64,000 bases of DNA from Mobula hypostoma (lineage: Eukaryota). The stretch covers positions 96,474,001-96,538,000 of the forward strand of contig NC_086107.1 of assembly GCF_963921235.1 (NCBI RefSeq), given 5' to 3'. A program made the position numbers and the translations under genes. Under the pieces are notes generated by a model. It was not told where the DNA came from, ran no database searches, and saw only the letters and a program-made list of their open reading frames with translations. This document shows, piece by piece, positions 48,950 to 61,930 of this stretch (position 1 is the stretch's first letter; each line of letters starts with the position of its first letter).

Positions 48950-50400
48950 GATGCCATCCGTCATAGGGAAGAGGCTGCGTTAGAAAACCCTCTCTGTCAT
49001 AATTTTCCGTGACGAAAGCCACGGCATTAACCGCGTGTAAAAGAAAGTTAATTTTTGCTTTTCTCTCCCACATCAATTTCGTGAGAGCACATTTTAATTC
49101 CACATCGCAAAGCTTTTGGTGGTCATGTGCGAATTCACCAACGGCGAATTTCGACACGAGAGAGTCCCTTATACTGCCGGAAAGCACATGTAACTAAAGA
49201 CAAAATCGGAACGAGCGACAATGATTTCCGCGCGTACAAACATGACTTCAGGTCCCATTATTGAGGAGGCGGGGGAGATTTCAATACAGGTACGGTACAA
49301 TAGATCCCCCACATCCTGGTGACGAGTTCGGGTTCGTCCCTGATTCCACCCCGAGGCCGTGACTTTCAGGATCACTGCCGGAGCCTACAACGGCGGTGCA
49401 GAAATTCTTGTTTTCAAAGAGAATGCAAATTAACAAAAAACACCACAGCAAATCGGAGTCTTCAGTCAACAGTACTCACGAAACAAGGACTTTAATGGAA
49501 TTTCAGTGTACAGAATGAGTTGCGCTGAAGATCTGCATGCGTTATGAACGTACAGCGGAATAGGAAGTTGAAGAAATGACCTTGAGGACACCTTCAGTCG
49601 GCGTGAACACAATTTCCAAGCCAGCCGGTACTTTAATACAGAGGCGGGCACACCGAGTCCAGAGGGTCCGCGTGGGCCGGAGGGTGCGGGGCAGCCGGTC
49701 AGTGTCCCCCCTTCTGCACCATCTGCGCGAAGCGGTTGGTGATGGCCAGCGTGGTGTCCACGAAGCGCTCCACGCAGCTGACCAGGCAGCTCTCGGTCCG
49801 CGAGTCCAGCTTCGAGCCCGGCTTGTCCACGCACTTCTCCCAGCACACGTCGGTGAAACCGTGCACCCGCAGCTGGAACTGAGCCTTCTGCTGCTCGACC
49901 GCCATCATCCGCGACAGCTCCGTCTGCTCGGCGGGGCTCACCGCCGCCGCGTCCAGATCCTCCATGGCGTCCAACCGTCGATCAAAGGGCAGGGCCCACC
50001 CCCGCCGACGGTACTTCAGATCTCCTCTCCCTATTTACCTCAGGGTGACAGATAGTAAACGGCGACAGTGTTCATTACCGTCTTTCAAACAATAAGTTGG
50101 CTTTATTAGAGCCAATAATTCCATCAAAAGAGCTGTTATGTAAATTGCTCACATTTCTCGGTTAGGTTCTGTGACGGATATTTGCATATTCTACCCATTC
50201 GCCAGTCACATTGATGTTTCTATCCGTCTAGCTGAGGCTGCACGGAATTTAAAATTAAGCCGTTGATTGGCTAATGAAATAGGGGCGGTGATTCGCCTCT
50301 GGTCTTGCGAAAGAGTGGTAACTTGCTGTTCTTACTGTTTTAAATCCGTTCGTTCAGAGCCTTACAAGCTCCTGATTCCCACAGAGTCACGATAATTGTG
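48950..50400. promoter_or_regulatory. CpG island and probable promoter of TIMM8B
   Basis: CpG-dense, repeat-free stretch. CCAAT at 50112-50116 and 50266-50270 (reverse), GC box GGGGCGG at 50282-50288, octamer ATTTGCAT at 50180-50187. Confidence 0.65.
49699..49965 (-). CDS. TIMM8B: Mitochondrial import inner membrane translocase subunit Tim8 B (88 aa), single-exon CDS
   Basis: MEDLD..ELSRMMAVEQQKAQFQLRVHGFTDVCWEKCVDKPGSKLDSRTESCLVSCVERFVDTTLAITNRFAQMVQKGGH has the twin CX3C motif, and its C-terminus matches TIMM8B rather than 8A. Kozak gccATGG, intact frame, GC3-rich. ATTAAA on the minus strand at ~49633 and ~49491. Confidence 0.95.
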   Translation of the reverse strand: MEDLDAAAVSPAEQTELSRMMAVEQQKAQFQLRVHGFTDVCWEKCVDKPGSKLDSRTESCLVSCVERFVDTTLAITNRFAQMVQKGGH

Positions 50401-51093
50401 CATGCTGGAATTTCAACATGGAATATCCCTATTTTCTTTATTTCTCCTAGTTCTATTTTCCATTTATCTTTATGAAATTGGATATCATTTAGCTCATAGA
50501 CTGATATAGCCGCTACAGAAATATGTCTCAGGGATGCACAGGACTAGCAGCTGAATATTCTGGGGTGCAGGTGGAGGAAAGAGAGGAGGGGGGTTTACAT
50601 TTGTGTTTGTGGTGAAAGTCATAGCAGTAGTCAGAGGTGAAGACTACTGAATATTAACAACATCCAGGATAGCAGGTCTAGCCCACTTGCAGGGTGCTGG
50701 ACAGCGATGGAGCTGGACTTGTCATGCTCAAGATTGCAGCCTACATCAGCCACCCAGGCGGTGGGCGACCCTGCTTGTTTGTGGAAGGTGGGAGGAACCC
50801 GTGTGGTCACAGATAAGCGTGTGCACTCCACACGGACAGTCGTGGAGTTCAGGATTGAACCTGTGTCCTTAGAGCTGTGAGATAGCTGCTCTACCAACCA
50901 TGCTACTGTTTTCTTTTAGACAGAACATAGAAAATTACAGCACAGTGCAGGCCATTCAGCCCACAATAGCCCTCAATTTTTCTATTATCCATGTGCCTAA
51001 GAGTTTCTTAAATGTCCCCAGTGTATCTACCTCTGTCACCACCCCTGCCAGCGTGTTCCACACACTCAGCACTCTTTGTAAAAATAAAAGTTA

Positions 51094-51730
51094 GACCATA
51101 AGACAAAGGAGCAGAAGTCGGCCATTCGGCCTATCGAGTCTGCTCCACCATTTTATCATGAGCTGATCCATTCTCCCATTTAGTCCCATTCCCCCACCTT
51201 CTCACCATAACCCTTGATGCCCTGGCTACTCAGATAACTATCAATCTCCTCCTTGGTCTCCACTGCTGCCCGTGGCAACAAATTCCATAGATTCACCACC
51301 CTCTGGCTAAAAAAATTTCTTCGCATCTCTGTTCTGAATGGGCGCCCTTCAATCCTTAAGTCATGCCCTCTTGTACTAGACTCCCCCACCATGGGAGACA
51401 ATTTTGCCACATCCACTCTGTCCATGCCTTTCAACATTCAAAATGTTTCTATGAGGTCTTCCCTCATTCTTCTAAACTCCAAGGAATACAGTCCAAAAGC
51501 AGACAAACTTTCCTCATATGTTAACCCTCTCATTCCCAGAATCATTCCAGTGACTCTTCTCTGAACCCACTCCAACGTCAGCACATCCTTTCTTAAATAA
51601 GGAGCCCAAAACTGCCCACAGTACTCCAAGTGAGGTCTTACCAGTGCCTTATAGAGCCTCAACATCACATCCCTGCTCCTATACTCTATTCCTCTAGAAA
51701 TGAATGCCAACATTGCATTCACCTTCTTCA
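51094..51730 (-). mobile_element. CR1 3' fragment
   Basis: LYKALVRPHLEYC..LYSLEFRRMREDLIETF..RNFFSQRVVNLWN. Confidence 0.92.
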
Positions 51731-53071
51731 CCAATTGCATTTGCCTTCTTCACCTCTGACATTCCCCTATACTTCTTCCAATTACCTTGAAATTATGCCC
51801 CATAACCATTTCTACCCCAGGTAAAAGTCTCTGGCTGTCCACTTGAACTATGCCTCTCACCATCATGTTATCTCTCATCTTCCTTCGCTGAGGGCACATG
51901 GCCAAGTGGTTAAGGCATTGGACTAGCTACCTGAAGGTCGTGAGTTTGAGCCCCAGCCGAGGCAACGTGTTGTGTCCTTGAGCAAGACACTGAATCACAC
52001 AATGCTCTGCACCGGTGGCAAGCTGTATGGGTCCTAATGCCCTTCTCTTGGACAACACTGGTGTCGTGGAGAGGGGAGACTTGCAGCATGGGCAACTACT
52101 GGTCTTCTATACAACCTTGCCCAGGTCTGCGCCTGCGCCCTGGAGAGTGAAGACTGAGACTTTCCCAATGACCTCTTGCAGACTGAGCTCCTTGAGTGGT
52201 ACAGGCTGCATCACTGCCTGGTACGGGAACTGTACCTCCCTTAATCGCAGGACTCTGCAGAGAGTGGTGCCGACAGCCCAGCGCATCTGTAGTTGTGAAC
52301 TTCCCATGATTCAGGACATTTAAAGAGTCAGGTGTGAAAAAGGGCCCGAAGGATCATTGGGGACCTGAGTCACCCCAACCACAATCTATTCCAGCTGTGA
52401 CCATCTGGGAAACGGTACCGCAGCATAAAAATCAGGACCAACAGGCTCCGGGACAGCTTCTTCCACCAGGCTATCAGACTGATTAACTCACACTGATTTG
52501 AGTGGATTTCTATGTTACATTGACTGTCCTATTTATTATAAATTACTATGATTGTACATTGCACATTTAGACGGAGACATAACGTAAAGATTTTTACTCA
52601 TGTATGTGAAGGATGTAAGAAATAAAGTCAATTGAAATTCTGCCACTGATGTTGTTAGCCTGGACGATCTGCTCTTGTGGCTGTTTTAACCATACTTCTG
52701 CACTCACTATTGACCCACTGTCAAGATCATGGGGACTCCAACCTGTTCATATTCATTGTAGGCATGCTGTCTCCTCCCAACATAACACCAGTCTCCATCA
52801 CTGCCCTTCCTCATCCTCACAATATTTGCACTGTAAACTGTTGCTGCACATTCTTCACAGAGAGCTCCGCTTTTATCTTCCCTGACTATGGTGCTTTAAC
52901 TGTTACGTTACAACATGTTGTGCTCGTGTTAATAATTTTTACACTATTGTTCCAAGACAGTAATGATACTGCAACAATAAAGCACATTAAACATTTTAAA
53001 TACCTTTAAGATATTTCAGTATTTGTTTAAACGTCCTCTTACAACTCCCTGTTTTGAGGGCAAAGCATTTT

Positions 53072-53885
53072 GATACTATGCAAAAAGGCTTAGGCACATG
53101 TACGTATAGTGGTACGTGGCCAAGTGGTTAGGGCATTGGGCTCACGATCTGAAGGTCGTGGGTTCGAGTCTCAGCCAAGGCAGCGTGTTGTGTCTTTGAG
53201 CAAAGCACTTAACCACACACTGCTCCAGTCCACCCAGCTGAAAATGGGTGGGTAATGCTGGGGGTTAACCTCGCAATAGACTGGTGTCCTATCTAGGCGG
53301 GGGGGGGGGTGGGGAGTCTCGTACTCTCAGTTGCTTCACGCCAAAGAAACTGGCATAAGCACTGGCCTGATGCACAAGGCTTGGGACAGACTTTAACTTT
53401 AACTAACATATACGTATATAGCTAGGGTATCTCAGACCTTTGCACAGTACTGTAGTGATTTTATGTACTGCTGTCACAAAAAAAAATGAATTTCAAGACA
53501 TATGTGAGTGATGATAATCTTGATTCTGATATGGGTCTCTGTTGTGAGCTGAGAGTGGGAAGAGGGCAGGGAAAGGGGAATTATGTTTGGGAAGAGGGAA
53601 AGGGAAAGAGGAGGGAGTGGGAAGCACCAGAGAAGCGTTCTGTAATGATTAGCGCAGATTGTTGGAATCTAATGACCTTGCCTGGTGTCTCAGGGCTGGG
53701 TGTGTCTGCACCTGCACCCCCACCCCCCAGCCCAAGTAGTGCTCCGCCATCTGTCTCACACCCCTCCTGCGGCACTCCACCCTTGCTATTCCGAACATCC
53801 TTTGCTCCCGCCGGATTTACGGACCTGCTCTCTGTTCCACATTGACAAATACAGTACTGTGCAAAAGCCTTGGGCAACCCTCAAT
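53072..53885. mobile_element. Second, oppositely oriented copy of the Tc1-like MITE at 8634-9168, with a SINE inserted in its terminal palindrome
   Basis: Body is the reverse complement of 8700-9095; TIR pieces ttgcacagtactg and cagtactgtgcaaaag. Confidence 0.75.
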
Positions 53886-54293
53886 CCATAATGATGCAAA
53901 TCTTCAACTGTTCCTCTGCCTCCACAATTGCTACCTGAATTGCTGAGCTCCCCTAGCAATATGTTTTTTTGATTTTACATTCCTGTTTATTTCAGTTTTT
54001 TGATGTTTTCTTTTCCCAGAGAGTTCGCGCTGTGATCATCTGCGGATGTAATTTTGTATGGGCACTTTTTGTGCCACAGTGAGTTGGACCACATCTCACG
54101 TGTGAACTCCAGAAAGTTCTATGTTTCTCTGCCTAACCTTCAGGTCTCCTCCATCTGGACTGGGAGTTTGTAGAAATTCTCTCAACAAGTGGCTGTCCCC
54201 TGGCCTATTTGTGTGAGACTCACTCCATCTCAATCCAGTTCCTAATCCAAACCCAGTTCTCCACTCTTGTGATGATTTGATCAACCTAATAAA

Positions 54294-55081
54294 CAATGTT
54301 CCCTCTAATTTGTAATGACCAGTGTGTGCAAAAATCTGGTGCTGTGCAATTTTTTGCCCAGTGACAACAACATGTGCGCACTGAATTTTACATCTGGAGG
54401 TATTCACTTTAACAGCTAGCAAAACACTGTCAATAAGAAATCTGATCTCCTCTGCGTTTGATCGTTTTCACTCTCGTTCATCTGTCCTATCACAAAACAT
54501 ACATAGCAGATCTGTAGCAGGTAATGAAGGATTTTCTTGCTGGAGCTTTTGCACACCGTCCATTTGTGATTTGCTTGCTAAATGACGCTTTAAAAAGTCA
54601 AGTTTCCAAATATCACTCCACTTCTTTCCAGCTGCAAATTCTCCAGCAACTTTTGCATCACAACAATACACACAGGTAACACCAGTTTCTGCATTGGACA
54701 TGAATATTTCTCATGGCTGCACATTCCTAACCTCATGAGCTTTCAGTGTTGGAGTTTCTACTGTTTCATTAAGCCATTCCGCTTTAAATGAACTAGTAGT
54801 TCTTTTGTGCTTCACGCCCTTTTCTTCTTTGGAGCCTGAGATAGTGAATCAATAATTTCTTCAGTAACAACAGTATAAATAAGTACAGATCAATCATTGC
54901 AAACGCCACGCTGTCAACACTGTCCACATCAGAAACCGGAAAAGGAAATGTGATTGTGTACGACTGTGAAACGTATTTAACGTGCCAACAAGGTCAAGGG
55001 TGACAACCTTTTGTGCGCAGTTTAAATTCCCTTGTGCACTATTAGCAAAATATGTCATGTACATACCTTAGAGGGATGTTG
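54294..55081 (-). mobile_element. Internally deleted hAT DNA transposon (N-terminal Zn-finger region of the transposase only)
   Basis: TIRs CAATGTTCCCTCTAA / TTAGAGGGATGTTG, imperfect 8-bp TSD ctaataaa/gtgataaa. Minus-strand KRTTSSFKAEWL..VTCVYC..WKLDFLKRHLASKS. Confidence 0.75.
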
Positions 55082-56312
55082 GTGATAAATCATTATTGAT
55101 TGCCAAAGAGTTTTGGTTCTTTCTGGGTCTTGTGCTCACTTTCTTATCCTTCTAAACTCTGCCATAAATTACATTTGCGGAGACAAAACAGCATTCCTGA
55201 CCCCTTTCAAATTCTCTATTCCTCTTTGCTCCCAAATTTAATTGCCTAACTAACTTGACAATTACATCCAGTTAGTGTCCCAGTCAAACAGAACTACTGT
55301 TGGGCCTTTGCCTGGCCAGATGACTTTCCCAAAGGGTGAATTTGTGTGGGGGTAACTCTTGTAGATCTCTACATCAGGGGAGACCTGATGGAGAGATATT
55401 CATGGTAGACAGTCAGTGTCTTTTACCCAGGCTGGAAATGTCAACTTACTAAAGGGCCTAGTTTTAAGGCGAGAGGGAGAAAGTTTAAAGCAGACATGTG
55501 GGTTAAGCTTTTTTATGCAGAGAGTGGGGAATGCTCAGAATGTGGTGGAAAGTATTCTGACAAGTTGTATCTCAGCCTGGTATGGCAGCTGCTCTACTCT
55601 GGACTGCCCAGTTCTGTCACAGGCTTTGTCACTTCCTTCCATCCTCACTGTGTGTTGCTTCAGGAAGGTTAATAGTATGGTCAGAGATGCCTGCCCCTTT
55701 CTCTTTTCTAACTTCTGAGAGAAGGCACAGGAGTTTGAAAGCCCAGACAACCAGGCTCAAGAACAGCTTCTTCCCCACTGCTGCCGGATTGCTGAACTAT
55801 CCCATGGTGTCACCTCATTCTCAGTTAGTCCTACCCTTATTTGATCCCACAAAATGGATCACTTTACACTGGATTAATTTCCAGCAGTATTGCTCTGTTA
55901 ATTTACAATCTGAGCAATGTCATTCCATGGCACAACTCTACCCTCCTCACTATCAACACTACCATGAATATTCATATCACCTGCAAATGTATTAATCTTA
56001 TTGTACATCGATATTCACCTTGTTAATGCTTAGAACCAAGAATAAGGGACATGGCTCTGCTCCCAGTGGCATACTGCTGGTCATCGTCTTCAGTTACATA
56101 TATAACCTTACACATCACCCTCTATCTCATGTCACCAAACCAATTATGTGTCAAATTTTCCAACTTGCCTTAGATCCCATGGGCCTAACCTTTTGGACCA
56201 GTCTTTCCTTAGGGTGTAAACACAAAATAATCTGCAGATGCTGTGATCAAAGCAACACTTTCAGTATGCTGGATGACCTCAGCAGGTCGGGCAGCATCAG
56301 TTAGAAATGATG

Positions 56313-56348
56313 AGTCGACGTTTCAGGCCAGAACCCTTCGTCAGGACT
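56313..56348 (-). ncRNA. Minimal hammerhead ribozyme in a short Penelope tail (56218-56365)
   Basis: Reverse complement AGTC-CTGACGA-AGGGTTCTGGCCT-GAAA-CGTC-GACT, full core with GUC triplet. Confidence 0.8.
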
Positions 56349-56364
56349 GAAGAATGAAGAAGAA

Positions 56365-59300
56365 CCACCAGCCCTGGGGGTTTACCTATCCTAATGTTTT
56401 TCAGAAGTTCCAGCACATCCTCTTTCTTAATGTCAACCTGTTCCAGCCTATCAGCCTGTTTAACACTGTCCTCACAAATGTCAAGGTCCCTCACTTGCTT
56501 CAGTGTTCACTAGTAAAGACCTTTCCCACCTTCACTCGATCCAGGCACAGGTTTCCTCTTTTATCATTGATTGGTCCTACCCTCACTCTAGTCATCCTCC
56601 TGTTCTTCATGTAGGTGTAGAACACCTTGGGGTTTTCCTTAATTCTGTTTACCAAGACCTTTAGTGTCCCCTTCTAACTCTCTTAAGTCCATTCCTAAGC
56701 TCCTCCTGGCTGCCTTGTAAGTCACTGGCTCCCAGTCTGATCCTTAAACCTTAAGTAATCGTCTTTCTACCTCTTGAAAAGATTTTTCACATCACATATC
56801 AACCATGAATCCCTCACCGTACAATTCTTTCCCTGCCTCAATGGGACAAACCTAAACAGAATGCCATGCAAATGCTGCCTAGACAATCTCCATATTACCC
56901 TGAGTACATCTTTTTTCTAATTTACACTCTCAAGTTCCTGCCTAACAGAAATCACAATTTGACTTCCTCAGTTAATTAATTTCTTATACTGCCTGCTCCT
57001 ATCCCTGTCCAAGGCTACGGTAAAGGTCAGGGAATTTTGGTCACTCAGGGTTCTTTTGTAAGAACCCCATCTGATCTCTGTACTCGTGACCGGACTCCCC
57101 ATTTTTCCCTCTCAAATGCGGTTCTATCACATTTCTGCATCCAGTCCTCAATATTCCTTGATATTCAGGGTTGCCTAGACTTGCCATCCTAACCCTTTAC
57201 TCTTACCTGAACACATTGACCACAAACCCTCACTGTTTCCATTTTAAAAGGCCAGTAGATATCGATTCACTGGTAAAGAGGCCATTCTCCTCCATGTTGG
57301 AACATGGCTTGTACTCGTTGGAATTTAGAAGATTGAGGGGGGATCTGATTGAAACGTATAAAATCCTAAAGGGATTGGACAGGCTAGATGCAGGAAGATT
57401 GTTCCCGATGTTGGGGAAGTCCAGAACAAGGGGTCACAGTTTGAGGATAAAGGGGAAGCCTTTTAGGACTGAGATTAGGAAAAACTTCTTCACACAGAGA
57501 GTGATGAATCTGTGGAATTCTCTGCCACAGGAAACAGTTGAGGCCAGTTCATTGGCTATATTTAAGAGGGAGTTAGATATGGCCCTTGTGGCTACGGGGG
57601 TCAGGGGGTATGGAGGGAAGGCTGGGGCGGGGTTCTGAGTTGGATGATCAGCCATGATCATAATAAATGGCGGTGCAGGCTTGAAGGGCCGAATGGCCTA
57701 CTCCTGCACCTATTTTCTATGTTTCTATGTTTCTATGTTTGCCAGGTTTGAACTATTGATATTGAAATCAGTATTCCCAGAACTCTGGACCATCCTCACC
57801 ACTTTCCATAACTATTTTGAAATTCACCAGACCATGGTCACTACCTTCAAAATGCTCACCAACTGACACTTTATCCACTTGCTTGGCTTCCTTCCTGAGG
57901 ATTAGAATTAGGCCCCGCATTGCCCCATCTTTAGGATTACTAATGTACAGGGACAAAAAGCTTTCCAGGACGCAGCTAAAGGATTTCGACCCCATCTAAT
58001 CTGTTCACACTAAATTGATTGCAGTTAATATTGGGAAGGTTGAAATCCACGACTGCTGTATCCCTATTCATCCTGCACCTCGTTTTGATTTATCTGCATG
58101 TCTCCCATTGACTCTCGGGCTAGCCTGCAGTATAACCCCCTGGCAAAGTGATCGTCCCTTTCTTTTTCTGACCTCTGGTATCATTTGGAGGGTCCTTCCT
58201 TATCACTGTAGTGATCACCTTGATCAATAAGGCAATAAGCCCTTTTATTTAAACATCCCTGCCTATCACACCTGAAACTTAATATACCCTGAAATATTGA
58301 ATTGCAATCTGCCCTTCATTCAATCTCATCTTAATAATTGCAATAATATTATATTTCCATGTGCTGGTCAACACTCTCTTATCCACATTAATGCATTAAA
58401 ATAGATGCTGTTCAGCTTTCCTGTCTTCTCACATTTCTTATCGAGACCATGTCTATTTGCTTCAGCCTTCCTCTGTAAATGACTGAACCTCATCCCTAAG
58501 TGTCCATCCACTGTGTTCCATCCATCTTCCAAATCAGTTAAAAACTTCTCTAACAGCCATCTACGCCAGAAATAGTGCCAATGATCCAAACATCCAAACC
58601 CTGCACAATTCCTTTAGCCAAGAGATACACCTGACCTATCCTCCTCAGGGCTCACACCACCAGGCTCAGAAACAGTTATTACCCCTCAACCAACAGGCTC
58701 TTGCATCAGTGGGGATAACTTCACTCGCCCCATCACTGAACTGTTCCCACAGCCTGTGGACCCACTTTCAAGGAATCTTAATCTCATGTTCTCAATATTT
58801 ATTGCTTATTTATTATTATTATTTTTTATTTTTTTGTATTTGCACAGTTTGTTCCCTTTTGCACATTGGCTGTTTGCCTGTCCTAGTGGGTGCAGTCTTT
58901 CATTGATTCTATTGTTTCTAAATGATTCTCAGGGTTGTATACACTACAAGACCATAAGACCACAGGATATAGGAGCAGAATTAGGCCATTTGGCCTATCG
59001 AGTCTGCTCCACCATTTATTCATGGCTGATCCACTTTTTCCTCTCTGCCCCAATCTCCTGCCTTCCCCCCACTTCCCTTCACACCGTGACCATTCAAGAA
59101 TCTATCAACTTCTGCCTTAGACTTGACCTCCACAACTGCCTGCGGCAAAGAATTTCACAGATTCCCCACTCTCTGGCTAAAGAAATTCCTCCTCATCTCC
59201 ATTCTCAAAGGACACCCCTCTCCCACCATAGGAAACATTCTCTCCACATCCACTCTATCAAAGCCTTCCACCATTCGACAGGTTTCAATTAGGTTATCCC

Positions 59301-61930
59301 TCATTCTTGTGAATTCCAATGAATACAGGTCCAGAGCCATCAAATGCTCTTCATATGACAAGCTGTTCAATCCTGGAATCATTCTTGTGAACTTCCTTTG
59401 AAACCTCTCCAGTTTCAGCACATCCTTTCTAAGGGGCCCCAAACTGTTCATAATACTGCAAATGAGGCCTCACCAGTGCTTTATAAAGCCTCAACATTAC
59501 ATCCTTGCTTTTATATTCTAGTCCTCTTGAAATGAATACTAATATTGCATTTGCCTTCCTCACCACAGACTCAACCTGCAAATTAACCTTTGGGTATCCT
59601 GCACAAGAACTCCCAAGTCCCTTTGCACCTTAGATTTTTGCATTTTCTCTCCATTTAGAAAATAGTCAACCCTTTCATTTCTTCTACCAAAGTGCATGAC
59701 CATATATTTTCTGACAGTGTATTCTATCTTCCACTCTTTGTCCATTCTCTTAATTTGTCTGTCCTTCTGTAGCCTCTCTACTTCCTCAAAATTACAGACA
59801 TTTACACCACACGCTGCATCCGTAAAGCAAATAGCATTATGAAGGACTCCACGCACCCCTCATACAAACTCTTCTCCTTCCTGCCATCTGGCAAAAGGCA
59901 CTGAAGCATTTGGGCTCTCACGACCAGACTCGGAGGAAGAAACTGTTACATAGTCTGGTCGTGAGAGCCCAAAGGCTCCCTATATTCTTACTCTTGCCTC
60001 CTACCAATAAGCCACTGCTTTATTCATGCTAGAATCTTTCCTGTAATACCAGGGGCTTGCAGCTTGTCAAGTAGTTTCATGTGTGGTGTCTTGTAAAAGA
60101 CATGAAAATCCAAACACATGTCCTGTTTGATATTTCTTCCAACATATTACAATGGGAGATAGAAAATGCATGTCAAAGGGGCAGTGTTACAAAAGACATG
60201 GGGGATTTCAATATGCAAGTAAAATTCCAACAGATTTGTCAGGCAAGATTTTCCCTTGAGGAAACCATGCTTACTATGGCCTGTTTTATCATGTGCTTCC
60301 AAGTACCCCAAAACCATATTCTTAACAATCGACTCCAAGACTTTCCCCAACCACTGAGGTCAGACTAATTGGCCTATAATTTCTTTTCTTCTGCCTCTCT
60401 CTCTTCTTGAAATGAAGTGACATTTGCAACTTTCCAGTCTTCTGGAACCATTCCAGAATCTAGTGATTCTTGAAAGATCACTACTAATCCCTCTACAATC
60501 TCTTCAGCCACCTCTTTTCGCACCCTGAGATGTACACCATCTGGTTCAGCTGTCTTATCTACTTCAGACCTTTCAGATTTCCAAGAATCTTCTCTCTAGT
60601 AATGGTAACCTCACGACCCCTGACAACTGGAACTTCCACCATACTGCTAGTGTCTTTCACAGTGAAGACTGATGCAAAATATTTATTCAGTTCATCTGCC
60701 ATTTCCTTGTCCTCATTACTACCTCTCCAGTATAGTTTTTCAGCAGTCCAATATCCACTCTCTCCTCTATTTCACACTTGAAAAATATTAAGAAACTTTT
60801 GATATCCCCTTTAAAATTATTGGCTAGCTTATTTTTTATTACATCTTTACCTTATTAATGACTTTTTTAAGTTGACTTCTATTAGTATTAGAAGCTTCCC
60901 TAGCCTCTAACTTCCCACTAATTTTTGCTCTATTATATGCCCTCCCTTTGACTTTTATGTTGACTTTGACTTCTCTTGTCAGCCAAAGATTGTGTCATCT
61001 TGTCTTTAGAATACTTCTTCCTCTTTGGGATGCATATATCCTGTGCCTGCCAAATCACTTCCAGAAATTCCAACCGTTGCTGCTCTGCCATCAACCCTGT
61101 CAGTGTTCCTTTCCAATCAATTCTAGCCAACTCCACTCTCATACCTCTGTAATTCCCTTTACTTCACTGTAAAACTGATACATCTGACTTTAGCTTCTCC
61201 TTCTCATATTTCAGGGTGAATTTGATCATATTATGATCACTTTCCCCTAAGGGTTCTTTTACCTCAAGCTCTCTAATCCATTCTGTTTCATTCTACAACA
61301 CTTAATCCAGAAAAGCCGATCCCCTAGTGGGCTCAGATAAGAGTTGCTCTAAAAAAAGCCATCTCATAGGCATTCTAGAAAATTGCCTTCTTGGAATCCA
61401 GCTCCAACCTGATTTTCCCCAATCTTCCTGCTTATTGAAATCCCCCATGACTTTTGTAACATTGCCCCTTTGGCATGCATTTTCTATCTCCCATTGTAAT
61501 TCGTAGGCCACATCCTTACTACTACTGTTTGGAGGTCTGTATACAACTCCCATCAGGGTCTTTTTACCTCTTGCAGTTCCTTAGCTCTACTCACAATGAT
61601 TCAATACCTTCCAACACAATGTCTCCAATTTCTAATGATTTGGTTTAATTTATTTTTACCCCAAAGAAGTGCCACCTCCTCTGCCTTCCTGCCTGTCCAT
61701 TTGATACAATGTGTATCCTTGGACGTTAAGCTCCCAGCTATAATCTTCTTTGATTCAGTGTGCCTAAAACATCATAGATGCCAATCCATAACTGTGCTAC
61801 AAGTTCGATACTGCACATATTCAAATAAAACACCTTCAGTCCTGTATTCATCCTTCCTATTATCCAAGTCCCTAAGTTCACATTGCAAGACCTTGTCCCT
61901 TTTTCTACCAATGTTATTGGTACTGATATG
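56365..61930. mobile_element. CR1 stack: old - copy 56365-58400, young + 3' end 57305-57738, - copy 58950-61930
   Basis: GLYSLEFRRLRGDLIETYKILKG..; GVVYRPPNS..VMGDFN; HGFLKGKSCLTNLLEF. Confidence 0.85.

Noticed and set aside
49576..50055. 159-aa + strand ORF and 126-aa - strand ORF overlapping TIMM8B
   Set aside because: Shadow frames of a GC-rich CDS with no recognisable motifs.
54468..54701. ZNF862-like host exon
   Set aside because: Lies between TIRs with a TSD, and key residues are decayed; it is a deleted hAT transposon.
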